This document shows positions 49,752-60,864 of a stretch of 64,000 bases of DNA, piece by piece; the first letter of the stretch is position 1; every line of letters begins with the position of its first letter. Below the pieces are notes generated by a model, which was given only the letters and a program-made list of their open reading frames with translations, searched no databases and had not been told where the DNA came from. Source of the DNA: Octopus sinensis (taxonomy: Eukaryota); the NCBI RefSeq assembly GCF_006345805.1, contig NC_043001.1:73718001-73782000 (forward strand). Direction: 5' to 3'. Made by a program: the position numbers and the translations under genes.

Positions 49752-51552
49752 CATTATTTATTATTATTGTTATTATTGTTGTTGTTGTTTATTATTATTA
49801 TTATTATTATTATTAAGTTAATCTAAAGATGGGAACATAGTTGAGCTACAGAGAAGGGTTATTTGGAAATTTCAGTCATGGTAATGGTATTTTTATAGAT
49901 GGAATGGGTCCATGCAGTCAGAAGTTTAGCTTTACCTTCACATGTGAGCAAAAGGAAAATTAATAACATAAAAGAGTAGCCCTCATTAATTAAGAAAAGC
50001 TTCTTGTTTTTGACCTCCTCTCTACTTGATTTGGAAGGTATTTTATTGAATTAAATTCTTTAAATATTTCTAATACAAATATAATATGCTTGGCAGTGAT
50101 TCCGAATAAAAAATGACATAGGATAGAGGGGATTGTTTAGTCCTACCTTACACAATCTCTCTAGTGTTGGTGGCATGATAAAATGCACCCCACCCATGCT
50201 GTATCACTTGAATAATTAAAAATTAAGCATAAAGAGGAAAATAGAAATAATATCAGTATTTCATTTGTGTCTAGGATTTACGAACTGATAGACTAGTAAA
50301 ACAGAAATATTTAGTTACTGAAGTACATTTTTGTGTACATCTGTTAATAAAGAACACATTTTTCACATACTTTTTACCCTGCTATGCTCAGTTTTATAGA
50401 TTAACATCTATAAAATTTGGATTCAGTGATATTTTAGCTATGTCTTTCAGTCTGTATAACAAACAAAACTTTTTATGCTTAATATGCAACTCATTAAATA
50501 TTTTTATATTTACATATTTATTATTATTTTAATTAGGGTGGTGGATTGCCAGAATCCTTAGAATGCTCCAAGGAATGCTTTATGGTAATTCTTCTGGCTC
50601 TACATTCCGAGTTCAACTTTGTCTTTAATTCCTCCAGGGTTGATCAAATAAAATACCAGTCGAGTACAGGGGTTGATGGTATCGACTAACCCTTCCCTTC
50701 AAAATTGCTGACCTTGTGCCTTAATCAGAAGCCATGATAATAATAATAATAATAATAATAATCTTTTCTACTCAAGGCACAAAGCCTGAAAATTTGGAGG
50801 AGGGGGACTAGTTGATTACATCAACCCCAGTTTTTCACTGGTACTTAATTTATCGATGCCAAAAGGATGAAAGGCAAAGTCGAACTCGGCGCCGTTTGAA
50901 CCCAGAATGTTATGACAGGTAAAATACTGCTAAACATTTTGCCTGGCGTGCCAGCTTGCCACCTTAATAATAAAAATAGCAATAACATCTACTGCTATTA
51001 TTATTATTGTTATTACTATGGTAAGCTGTTGGAAATGCTAGTGTGAGAAAAAGTGCTTTGTGTTAGTAATTTCAGCCCTTCACAGTCATCAGTTCAAATT
51101 TTATTGATGTTAGCTTTGCTTTCATCTCTCTGGGATTGGCAAAATAAAGAACCAGTCAAGTACTGGGGTCAGTGGTATCAACAAACTCCTTCTCTAGAAT
51201 TGCTGGCCTTGTGCCAATGTTAGGAAGAATTATTATTGTTATTCTGCCAAGGACAACTTTGCCTTTCATCCTTTCAGGTCAGTGAAATAAGTACAAGTTG
51301 AGCGGGGGGTGGGGTGATGTTACCGACTAACCCCTTCCCTCAAAGTTTCAGGCCTAGTGTCTTTATTAGAAAGAATTATTATTATCCTGACTTTACATTT
51401 TGGGTTCAAATGCCACCAAGGTCAACTTTACCTTCCATCCTTTTAGAGTTGATAAAATTATACTAACCCCAGTTGCACATTTGGGTTGGTGTAACTGACT
51501 TCCTCATCCCTCAAAATTTCCTGGCTTTGTGCCCAAATAAGAAAAGATTATC

Positions 51553-51560
<8 letters not shown>
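48400..51560. mobile_element. array of about nine family A SINE copies or fragments separated by (ATT)n/(AAT)n
   Basis: Copies at about 48620(-), 48797, 49028, 49506, 50536, 50764(-), 51020, 51240 and 51395; long (ATT)n runs at 49722-49814 and 51555-51605. Confidence 0.85.
49270..49490 (-). mobile_element. 5'-truncated R4/Dong-clade LINE 3' end in a (TAA)n tract
   Basis: Minus strand reads TVIKDIDKWLK, then after one frameshift GIECPVELLKRVCLLGTGKIIRRVLST* (stop 49368-49366), an approximately 95-nt UTR and (AAT)n. (ATT)n lies on both sides. Confidence 0.75.
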
Positions 51561-51606
<46 letters not shown>

Positions 51607-51980
51607 GTAGTCACTATGAAATGTTCCTAGATGGAATGAATAGAATCTTCATTTTCTTGTTATTGTTCTGCAACATTCTTTCCTTGTTTAGGTTATTGTT
51701 TGGTGTAGTAGAGAGCTTAATGAGAAGGCATCACTCTAAAGGTTGTGAAGTAAGAATATGCTAAAGTACACTAATTGGTGGCAAAACTACTTGAAGTGGT
51801 CTTTATTGCAGTTTTATTTCTGGAATTTTGTCTAAAAATACATGTATTTAGCTATATACATCCTTTCCTAGTTGTGGTCTTGTCTTTCTGTAGGAGATAA
51901 AATACTTGACTATGTAAGAAAAGTAAGTTATACTGCAAAAATTATAATGTTGCTGTTGCTGTCGATCACTTGCATTCATA

Positions 51981-53224
51981 TGAAGTCTGATCGATAAGTA
52001 TCCGGACTGTTACCATAGTAACGAAGCTAAAGCATGCAGAGTGAAGCGTTTGGCACAGATTGACTGACCTTGAACTCTGCTCTCCAAATGCACTAAGTTT
52101 TAATGTTCTAGCTCACTTGCATGTTTGTAGCAGTGCTGGGAACGAACATGTGTAGCGTGTGATTGTTGTATTGACCATGACAGAGAAGTTGAGCAGAGAA
52201 TCTGCATCAAATTTTGCCAAACGCTTGGCAGTACCTGCTCAGAGGCCTATGCAATGTTGTAAAAATTGTAAGGAGAGGACTGTATGAACTATACACAAGT
52301 GTACGAGTGGTTCAGATGCTTCCAAAATGGCCGAAAAATGTCGATAATGATGAATGTTCTTGGAGACCCACAACCAGCATAACTGAGAAAACATTGCAGC
52401 TGTGAGGGGAAATCGTCGAATCGTCTTCCATGAGTTATCAGAGGATGTGCAGATCAGTTACGGTTCAGTTCGGTCTATTATCACTGAAGATTTGGGTAAG
52501 AGGTGTGTGTCTACGAGGTTTGTGCCAAAACTCAGGTTTCACTTGCACAAGATCTCCTTGACTGTGTTGAGAACAATGAAAACTTTTTGAAAACTGTCAT
52601 AACAGGTGATGATTCGTGGGTCTCTGGCTAGACCCTGAAACAAAGGCTCAGTCTTCGCAGTGGAAGACCCGCAACTTCTCTGAGACTGAAGAAAGCACAA
52701 GTGAATCAAAGCAACGTGAAGACACTGTTGATTGTTTTCTTCAACTACATGAGCATTGTTCATCATGAGTATGCTCCACCTGGTCAGACAGTAAACAAGT
52801 ACCACTGTAACGTTTTGCAGTGTTTGCAGGTGCTATTTGTTGGAAAAGGCCATAATTGCATGTGTCCATGACAATGCACCTGCCCATTCAGTGCAGCCTG
52901 TGGAGAAGTTGTTGGTTAGGCACAGCATTCCCTATATCTGAAAGCTACCATATTCCCCAGATTTCGCCCCTTGCAACTATTTCCTCTTTCCAAAAATTAA
53001 ATCTCTTGAAAGGAAGATTTCAGGACATTGAGGAAATGTGACTAGGCAGCTGCTGATTATCCCAGAAAATGAGTTCCAGGAATGCTTCCATCAATGGAAA
53101 CAGCACTGGATTAAGTGTGTGGTTTTCGAAAGGGACTACTTTGAAAGAGATTAAATGCCAAATTGGTATGTGTTGTAGTTTTGTTTTTATGGCACCAGCC
53201 CAGATACTCATTGATCAGACCTTG
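51981..53224 (+). mobile_element. full-length decayed mariner transposon
   Basis: TA|TGAAGTCTGATCGATAAGTATCCGGACTG ... CAGCCCAGATACTCATTGATCAGACCTTG|TA TIRs. Transposase relics EQRICIKFC, CVSTRFVPKL, ITGDDSWV, HDNAPAH and PYSPDFAPCNYFLFPK are broken by many stops and frameshifts. Confidence 0.92.
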
Positions 53225-53866
53225 TATGTGCTTATTTAACTCTCATCGTTTAGGTATTACTATGATGGGCTGTGGATGGTCATGAAATTAATGTTATGTT
53301 TCACCATCAGCTTAATAATTGTTTCTAACATAGGCACAAACCCAGAAATTTGAGGAAGAAGTTTAATTGATTTTATCTTCCCTAGTACTTGATTGATACT
53401 TTATTTTATCAACCATGTAAAGATGAAAGGCAAAGTTGAGTTGTGAATTTGAACTCTGAATGTGAATACATTCTATTATTAATAATAAAATAAATGAGCT
53501 GTAGCCATGCCTACTCATAACTGTGGGTCACTTTCTGTAGTCTGCCTTGGCATTGAAATTTATTTGTGCAAGAGATGTTATGTAAAATACTGTTTTTGAT
53601 GGCATATAAAATGCACATTTTTTTCAAAAATGCCTTTAAAAATCACCTAGCATCCTATCTGTGAAGTTAGTCCTAAATTACATGCTTTAATACACTAAAG
53701 ACTTTTTCATTCCTGAGTATTCATTGCTGAAATTAAGTGCATCTAATATGCCTGTGTCTTTTATGCCATCAGATATGGTATGTGCTGCTAACAGGTTATA
53801 GAAAACTGACTGACTGTTTTCATTGGTGTTTGTCTTAGTTGGTGCATATGCACTGATTATTCTCAC

Positions 53867-54019
53867 CTTGCATTTCCTGTCTTATTGTGGTAACTCTTGT
53901 TACAGTATTGGTGTACACATTTTGGTGAGCTTTGGTGGATCCTACTTCTGAAGCTCTCTGTGTTCCTTAACCTTTGGGTATGTCATTTCAGAAGAATTCA
54001 TTTTCCAAAATAAGATAGA
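53867..54019 (-). other. candidate exon upstream of the 48037 exon
   Basis: Acceptor TCTTGTTTTATGTAG, donor CAAG|GTGAGA. The phase-1 end (..TTIRQEMQ+G) joins 48037 in frame to give MQVRRESH.., but all frames have stops in the 5' half. Confidence 0.35.
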
Positions 54020-54665
54020 CTACATAAAACAAGATATATTACATAAAATACTACCTGACCCCCTCCCCCAAAGCAACAACAACAGAACAAAACAAAACAA
54101 AGCCACTGGAGAATCAACAATTGTTTTTATGAAGTCTGTTCTTTAATTTCTCTATCATCAAATAAATTAGAAGTAACATTATACTTTGAGAACTCATTTG
54201 TTACCAGATAACAATACTATTAGTAAGCTGAGATCAGGCCACCTCCAACCTGCTTCTTCTTTATTGCTACTATGACCCGATAGCTATTTCAACTGTTGGT
54301 CTAGACCAGCGCCTGGCTCCTTAATCGGTGGTGAGCTATCAGTGTCTGAAATTGAACCTGTTCTTTATTTTATTTTTCTTTCTTTCCTCATTTCTTATCT
54401 TTATTTCATGTTATTCCCCTAACAACTGTCTAATAAAACATTACTGCAGCATGATGGTGGAGATATGAAAATTGTCAATAAATAAAATTCAGTAAAAATA
54501 TAGAAAAATACAAATAAAATAAGTGAGTAAAGCTGTACTTTTAGCTTTGGTATATAGTAAGTTTTCATTAAAAAAACCCAAAACATTTGCTTTCTTTGTT
54601 GATTAAACATTGTATGATTGTTGTTGTTCTTATATGTTGTTGTTCTTATTATTCATATTATTTTT

Positions 54666-55335
54666 AAGGCAGTGAGCTGGCAGAATTGTTAGCACACTGG
54701 GCAAAATTCTTAGCAGTATTTCACCCATCGTTACGTTCTGAGTTCAAATTCTGCCAAGGTTGACTTTCATCCCAGTGGGGTTGATAAATTAAGTATCAAT
54801 GAAATACGGGAGTCAAAGTAATTGACTAGGCCCACCTAAAATTTCAGGCCGTGTACCTATAGCAGAAAGGATTATTATTATTATAATACAAAGTAGAATC
54901 GTTAGCTTGCTGGACAAAATGCTTAACAGTATCTCGTCCTCACTCTGTTCTGAGTTCAAATTCTGCTGAGGTCAACTTTGCCTTTCATCCTTTCAGGTCG
55001 ATAAAATAGGTAACAGTTGAACACTTGAGTTGATGTAATTGACTCATTCCTTCCAGCAAAATGGCTGCAGTTGTGGCAAAATTTGAAACCATTATTATTA
55101 TTATCATTATCATCAGTTAATGGCAGTTAGCTGGCATAATCTTTAGAGCATTAGAATAATGTCATACAGTATTTCTTCTGCCTCTTTATGTTCTAAGTTC
55201 AAATCTAATCAAGGTCAACTTTGCCTTTCATTATTTTGAGGATTGATAAAAACAATTACCAGTCAAATGCTGAGGTCAATGGTATTGACTAATTCTCTCC
55301 TCACTAAATTACTGGACTTGTGCTAAAATTAGAAA
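54666..55335 (+). mobile_element. three head-to-tail family A SINEs joined by (ATT)n
   Basis: Copies at about 54666, 54890 and 55120, each with GAGTTCAAAT or AAGTTCAAAT box B and the central domain. Confidence 0.85.
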
Positions 55336-55708
55336 CAATTATTATTTGTGGTCAAATTTATGTCTGAACTATTGAAATGAATTTTTATTCATATAATGTT
55401 TAGTAGTGTTTTTCTTATGTTTTGTTTCACCTATAACAAGAAGTGGATTATGTACAATGTTTTTGCTAAAATTAGCATTTATGATTTTTTTGTTACGTGT
55501 ACGGTACAGCACCTTGTTGTATGCAATATTAAAGTACCTTATGAGTTTGAGGAAACAACATTATATTTAGTTGTTTGCTGCAATAATGAGGACAAATTTG
55601 ATGTGTTAGTGGTCAATATGTGATAGCAGGAGTTTGGTGCCATCTGTTTGTAAGTAGGAGTGAAGTGTTTGTTTAGAAGTGAGGAGCAAATATAATTTTA
55701 GTACTAAC

Positions 55709-55793
55709 CTTCCAGTGACTTGTTTGTTTAATCTTTGGCTGTTTTCCTAAATATCCAAGGCTGATAGTTTATACATTTACTGAGTTTCAGTAT
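55709..55793 (-). other. candidate non-coding exon
   Basis: An approximately 35-nt pure pyrimidine tract plus TTTTAAG acceptor, donor GAAG|GTTAGT; all three frames are closed. Confidence 0.3.
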
Positions 55794-55909
55794 CTTAAAA
55801 TAAAAGAAGAAAAAAAAAAAGAAAGAAAAAAAGACAAAAATCTCTACAATTCAAGAAGAATACAAAAAATTTATATTAATATTTTGCATAATATTGGAAA
55901 TGCAAACAC

Positions 55910-56440
55910 TATCATCATCATTTAACTTTATAACTCCATGCTGGCATGAGTTAGATGGTTTGACAGTATTTGCCAGGCTGCAGCACTGTGCCTACCCCAG
56001 TGTCAGCTTTGGCATATTTTCTACCATTGGATAACCTTCTTAATGCCAACCACTTTACAGAACATACTGTTTTTTGGGGGTTTTTTTTGTGATACTAGTG
56101 AGGTCGCTCAGTAATTTGCAAGACAAGAATAGTAAAAGCACCCCCAAACTGAGTGAGAGTGTATTTGAGAGAGAGGAAGTTGTTTTGTGCCAGATATTGA
56201 AAGGCTAAAGTATGATAGGACAAACATAGACCTCTTGCTATTGAGCAGGTAGATGGCTATCCTGCATTATAAAAGAGTAGCTGGAAAGAAGATAAAGATG
56301 GTAGTGATGAGGTGCCAGAGGGTACTATCAAGGTACAAGAAGTTGAGTGTAAGTGAGAATATGAACTGTGGATCAAAGGAGAAGGAGAGTCTGGTTAATT
56401 TCATAAGAGTCAAGACTAAACTGCTAAGATGTCCTTCAAT
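55910..56440 (-). mobile_element. long RTE-tailed non-autonomous retroelement
   Basis: Tail GGATAACCTTCTTAATGCCAACCACTTT plus a purine-rich body like 9880-10480. Confidence 0.65.
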
Positions 56441-58244
56441 TGAATAATGCTATTATCTCTGGAAATGCTCTGTTTTTATTCACATCATGTAAACAATCTT
56501 TCTGATTTCTTATAACTTTAATCTGTGTTGTTCTACCATCTTCCTGTATCTTCTACAATGATTAACTTGCTTTACTAGCTGTACTCCAGTTACATTTGAG
56601 TCCACCTGTTGCACCTACATCACTGCTGTCACACCACTTCATTTGATCAATAACTGCTTGTCAGAGCCTACACTAAAGTCCCCAACTAGTCAGAAGAATG
56701 ATAGATTTGTAGATTACACCTAGTTGTTTGGTCATCTATCTATCTATAAACCATTGGTATGATCAATCAAAGCTGAGCAAGCTGTACGACAATAGCAACT
56801 TCACTGTTTTACAACTTCTACTCTCTCTCTCTCTCTCTCGTTTACTTTTCCCTGATTTTTGAGTTTAAATCTTACCTAGCTCACTTTCCATTTTAGTTCC
56901 TGTTGAGAATTAATCAAATAAATATCAGTACTTTTGAGGTCAAATCAATTGACTATACTTCCTCTTTACAAAGCAACTTCACATCTATTTTGCTGCTTTA
57001 AAAAAACTCTTATAATTTCAATAGTAATTAATGGAGGGAAATCTGCCAAACTGTAAATATGTAAATATATAGTAGATATATTCTGAAGAATAATTATTTT
57101 TCGTATTTCTCAAACTGGAAACTTCATGTTGAAAATGCTAAAGTATTCTTATTTCTCTGCCTGTCTATCCACACACAGACATATATGTATGTGTTTACAC
57201 ACACACACACACACACAATCGTCTCTATGTCTGCCTATCTATCTCTCTCTTCATATGCTGGTAATTTCACTAGCTATTTTATACACAGTTTCTTATCAAT
57301 TAAGGCAAATGACTGTGTAAGGAAATATCAGTCATTCTGTTGTAGTACAGGATTGGTGAACTTAAACATAATTTTCTCATAATTCTTTTGTATTAACTGC
57401 TCATAATTCTGAAATAACAATGTATAAAGTAGGAGCAAGTTTAGATGGAAAGTTTAGCTTCATTTTTCTCTTTAAAATTTTTTTTATTACCTCTCACTTT
57501 TGAATTGGTTAACCTATATAAAACGTATATGTATACCGTATTTGACAGTAGCTCACATTGTAGCTTTATTATTACAATTATAATGCACATACTTTCAAAT
57601 GCTATATAAAAAACAATGCTTTATGTTATTGTCTAATCCTCTGTCATCCACCACAAATGTTCTTTTAGATTTAAAATTTGTATGGCTTCTATTTATTTAT
57701 TTATTTTCATTTTTATATACTGGGTGGTGTTTGTACTGGTATATGTCATGTTTTGCTTATATGAGACTACAGTGATGTAGGACTAAATCCTGGGCTTCTG
57801 ATTTCTTTGTAACCCAGAGAAGCCAAGGCCAGTACATTGTTGTGTAAACATGTGTTTTCCAGGAAACTGTTTCCTGTATGAATAACATTGAAATATCCTA
57901 AAATATTTGGTAGAGGAGAATGCAGTTTGTCTTGCCTTTCCCTTGAAGCAAAATACAGATTTCAGTTTAGCAGACTATCTGAAATTTTAAAGAATTTTCT
58001 TGGCAGTGTAGACTTGAATAAATGCGTTCTTTTTGTAAAAGTTACATACTCAATGCTAATTAATAAACAGCTTTCTTTATTATAGGCATAGTCATGGCTG
58101 TGTGGTAAGAAACTTGCTTCTTAACCAGATGGTTCTGGGTTCATCCCCACTGCGTGGCACTTTGAGCAAGTGTCTTCTACTATAGCCTCACACTGATCAA
58201 AGCCTTGTGAGTGGATTTGGTAGCCAGAAACTGAAAGAAGCCTG

Positions 58245-58275
<31 letters not shown>

Positions 58276-58276
<1 letters not shown>

Positions 58277-59565
58277 GAGGGGCGTTCAATAAGTAATGCC
58301 CCTGACCCACTTCTCATAGCAGTAGAGCAACGAAACTTGGCACAGTTATTAGTCTTTTTCTACATAGGAACCACCCAGAGTTACGCATCTCTCCCATCGT
58401 TTGATGCGGCTCTGGAGACCGTTTTTGTAGAAGAACCCAGCTTGGTCCTCCAACCTCAATGTGACTTCAGAAATCAAGGCTGCATCATCTGGGAAATGCT
58501 TTCCTTTCAAAAACAACTTCATGATTGGGAAGAGGTGAAAATCAGAGGGTGCAAGATCAGGAAAGTAGGGGGGATGGGGAGGAGTTCATAGCCATACGCC
58601 TGTGCTTCTGATCTGGCAACAAGCGAGTTGTGGACCGGAGCGTTGTCCTGCAGGAGGAGGATGCCTTTGCTGATCTTGCCCCGCCTCTTGATTTTGATAA
58701 CTTCTCTTAATTTCCTCAAAAGTGAAGCATAATAGGCTCCTGCAATTGTGGTACCCTTTGCCAGGAAATCTGTCATCACTACTCTGTCCTGGTCCCAGAA
58801 GACTGTGAGCATGACCTTGCCAGCGGAGGGCTGCACCCTTGCCTTCTTTGGAGGGGGTGAGTCACGGTGCTTCCACTGCATTGACTGGGCTTTGGTCTCT
58901 GGATCATCGTGATGGACCCAGGTTTCATCCTGTGTAATCAGTCTTTTGAAAAATTTTGACTCATCTTCTTGGCACATCTCCAAATTCACCCTCGAGCACT
59001 CGACGCGTTCTTGCTTCTGGAAAGGCATGAGCAACCTGGGAATCCATCTGGCAGACACCTTTTGCATATGCAAATGGTCATGAATGATAGTTTCCACAGA
59101 CCCGGTACTAATCTTGACATCATGGGCTACTTGGCGAATAATTATGCGTCGATCTTCCAAAATGGCAGCCTCAACTTGACGGACAGATGCCTCATCAATG
59201 GCAGAAGGGGGCGACCAGATCTGGGAGCTGTTTCCACAGAGTTCCGACCATGTTTGAATTCATGATGCCAGTGTTTTACAAGGTCATATGATGGGGCATC
59301 ATCACCATAAGTTACTTTCATTTCATCAAAAGTCTCCTGTGGTGTGTGTCCTTTCAAATACAAAAACCGGATCACTGCTCGACACTCAACAGGCTCCATT
59401 TCACACTTGACTCGGTTCAAACACTTGTAAATCAGAAACCACAATTAATTCAGAGCTGTAATTTGCCACTTACTCTATAGAGATATAAATGATTGCACAT
59501 GCAAAATTTCAGCTAGATCAAACAACTGCAAGTGGGTCAGAGGCATTACTTATTGAACGTCCCTC

Positions 59566-59566
<1 letters not shown>
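58276..59566 (-). mobile_element. full-length mariner transposon (1291 bp)
   Basis: TIRs CGAGGGGCGTTCAATAAGTAATGCCCCTGACCCACTT and its near-exact reverse complement (2 mismatches); TA at 58274-58275 and 59567-59568. Confidence 0.97.
58349..59399 (-). pseudogene. mariner transposase (DD34D) with two -1 frameshifts
   Basis: MEPVECRAVIRFLYLKG (HTH), WIPRLL, ITQDETWV, AGKVMLTVFWD, LQDNAPVH, then HPPYFPDLAPSDFHLFP after correction (34 residues between the 2nd and 3rd Asp). Breaks lie at G runs 59207-59211 and 58576-58579; no in-frame stops. Confidence 0.93.
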
Positions 59567-59610
<44 letters not shown>

Positions 59611-60473
59611 TGTGTCTGTGTTTGCTCCCCCCCCACCATCACTTGACAACAGATGTTGGTGTGTTTATGTCCCTGTAAGTTAGCAATTTGGCAAAAATAA
59701 AAAAAGACCAATAGAATAAGTACTAGGCTTACAAAGAATAAATCCTGGGGTTGATTTATTCAACTAAAAACCTTTCAAGGTGGTGCTCCAGCATGGCTGC
59801 AGTCAAATGACTGAAGTAAGTAAAAGAATAAAAGAATATTGATAAAGTAAGAGATGTTTTTTTAATTGGTTATATGAAAATAATAGAGAGAAATTCTATA
59901 ATTTTTGTGGTCAACATTAAAAAATGTTGATGGTAGTTACGATTTATTTTGTATCAGGAATCATATAGAAAATAATTGCTTTGTTCATGTTTAGCTTTCA
60001 GACAAAAGGATTGAATTAGTCTATCTCAGTTGGATCCTTTCCTGTAAAGTTACTCTTCCAGATCTGTTCAGACAAGTGTTGTGCTACTGTGTGGAGCATA
60101 TTTACTTTGTAGGAGTTGTACTTGGTGACCCCATCAATGCTAGAGCTTTGAAAAAAATACCCTGTACACTCTGTCAACTGGTTGGCATTAGGAAGGGTAT
60201 CCAACTGTAGAAACCATGCCAAAACAGATGTAGGAGCTCATACCAGCATGTTAAATGATGATGAGTTCTGATAAATATTTATAATGCTTCACATGATATC
60301 ATATGGATAGGTACCTTATTACTTTTTTTCATAGCCGTGAGACTTATTTTAATGTTACGCATTAATTTAAAAGAAAAAAAAACTATTGGAATTAGTTTAT
60401 GGTCAATGTGCTAATTAATTTGAAATTTGTCCAATTACGTTTTTTTTGTTTTATATATATAATATATATATGT

Positions 60474-60797
60474 CGAGACCCCCTTCAGTTATGACTGACC
60501 ATGGGATTGCACCTAGAAAGCTACCCTCCCAGGTGCAAGTCCGGGCAAGGCTGTTTATGGAAGACCAGCAGTCGCCCATGCTTACCGGCCTCCCCTCTCC
60601 ATGCCACCAGTGTTATCCAAGGGAAAGGCAAAGCCGATACAGCTTGGCACCTGTGATGCCGCAACTCATTTCTACAGCTGAGTGAACTGGAGCAACATGA
60701 AATAAAGTGTCTTGCTCAAGAACACAACATGCAGCTAGGTCCGGGATTCAACCTCATGATCGTAAGCTCGACGCTCTAACCACTGAGCATGGCTCAG
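60474..60797 (-). mobile_element. tRNA-derived SINE, family C (Nin/Deu- or V-like central domain)
   Basis: Minus strand: CTCAGTGGTTAGAGCG box A, TGAATCCCGG box B, then TTGTGTTCTTGAGCAAGACACTTTA..CTCCAGTTCACTCAGCTG. Confidence 0.75.
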
Positions 60798-60806
60798 TGG
60801 TTAGAT

Positions 60807-60811
<5 letters not shown>

Positions 60812-60861
<50 letters not shown>
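60812..60861. repeat. (TA)n microsatellite
   Basis: Read directly from the sequence. Confidence 0.95.

Positions 60862-60864
<3 letters not shown>

Larger units (their letters stand above)
58084..59836 (+). mobile_element. CORE-type SINE family B split by a mariner insertion
   Basis: Head and CORE at 58084-58245, (TA)n, mariner, (TA)n, then the tail at 59607-59836 ending AGTAAAAGAATAAAAGAATA. Confidence 0.9.

Noticed and set aside
51894-51922. 29-nt plus-strand microexon candidate (GDKILDYVRK) with a GTAAGT donor
   Set aside because: Good splice sites, but no compatible neighbouring exon or homology; open frames this short arise often by chance.
48400-55335. Regularly recurring similar units that could suggest a CRISPR-like array, and tRNA-like box A/B motifs
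   Set aside because: The units are diverged SINEs of about 200 bp with microsatellite linkers; the boxes are SINE heads without a full cloverleaf.
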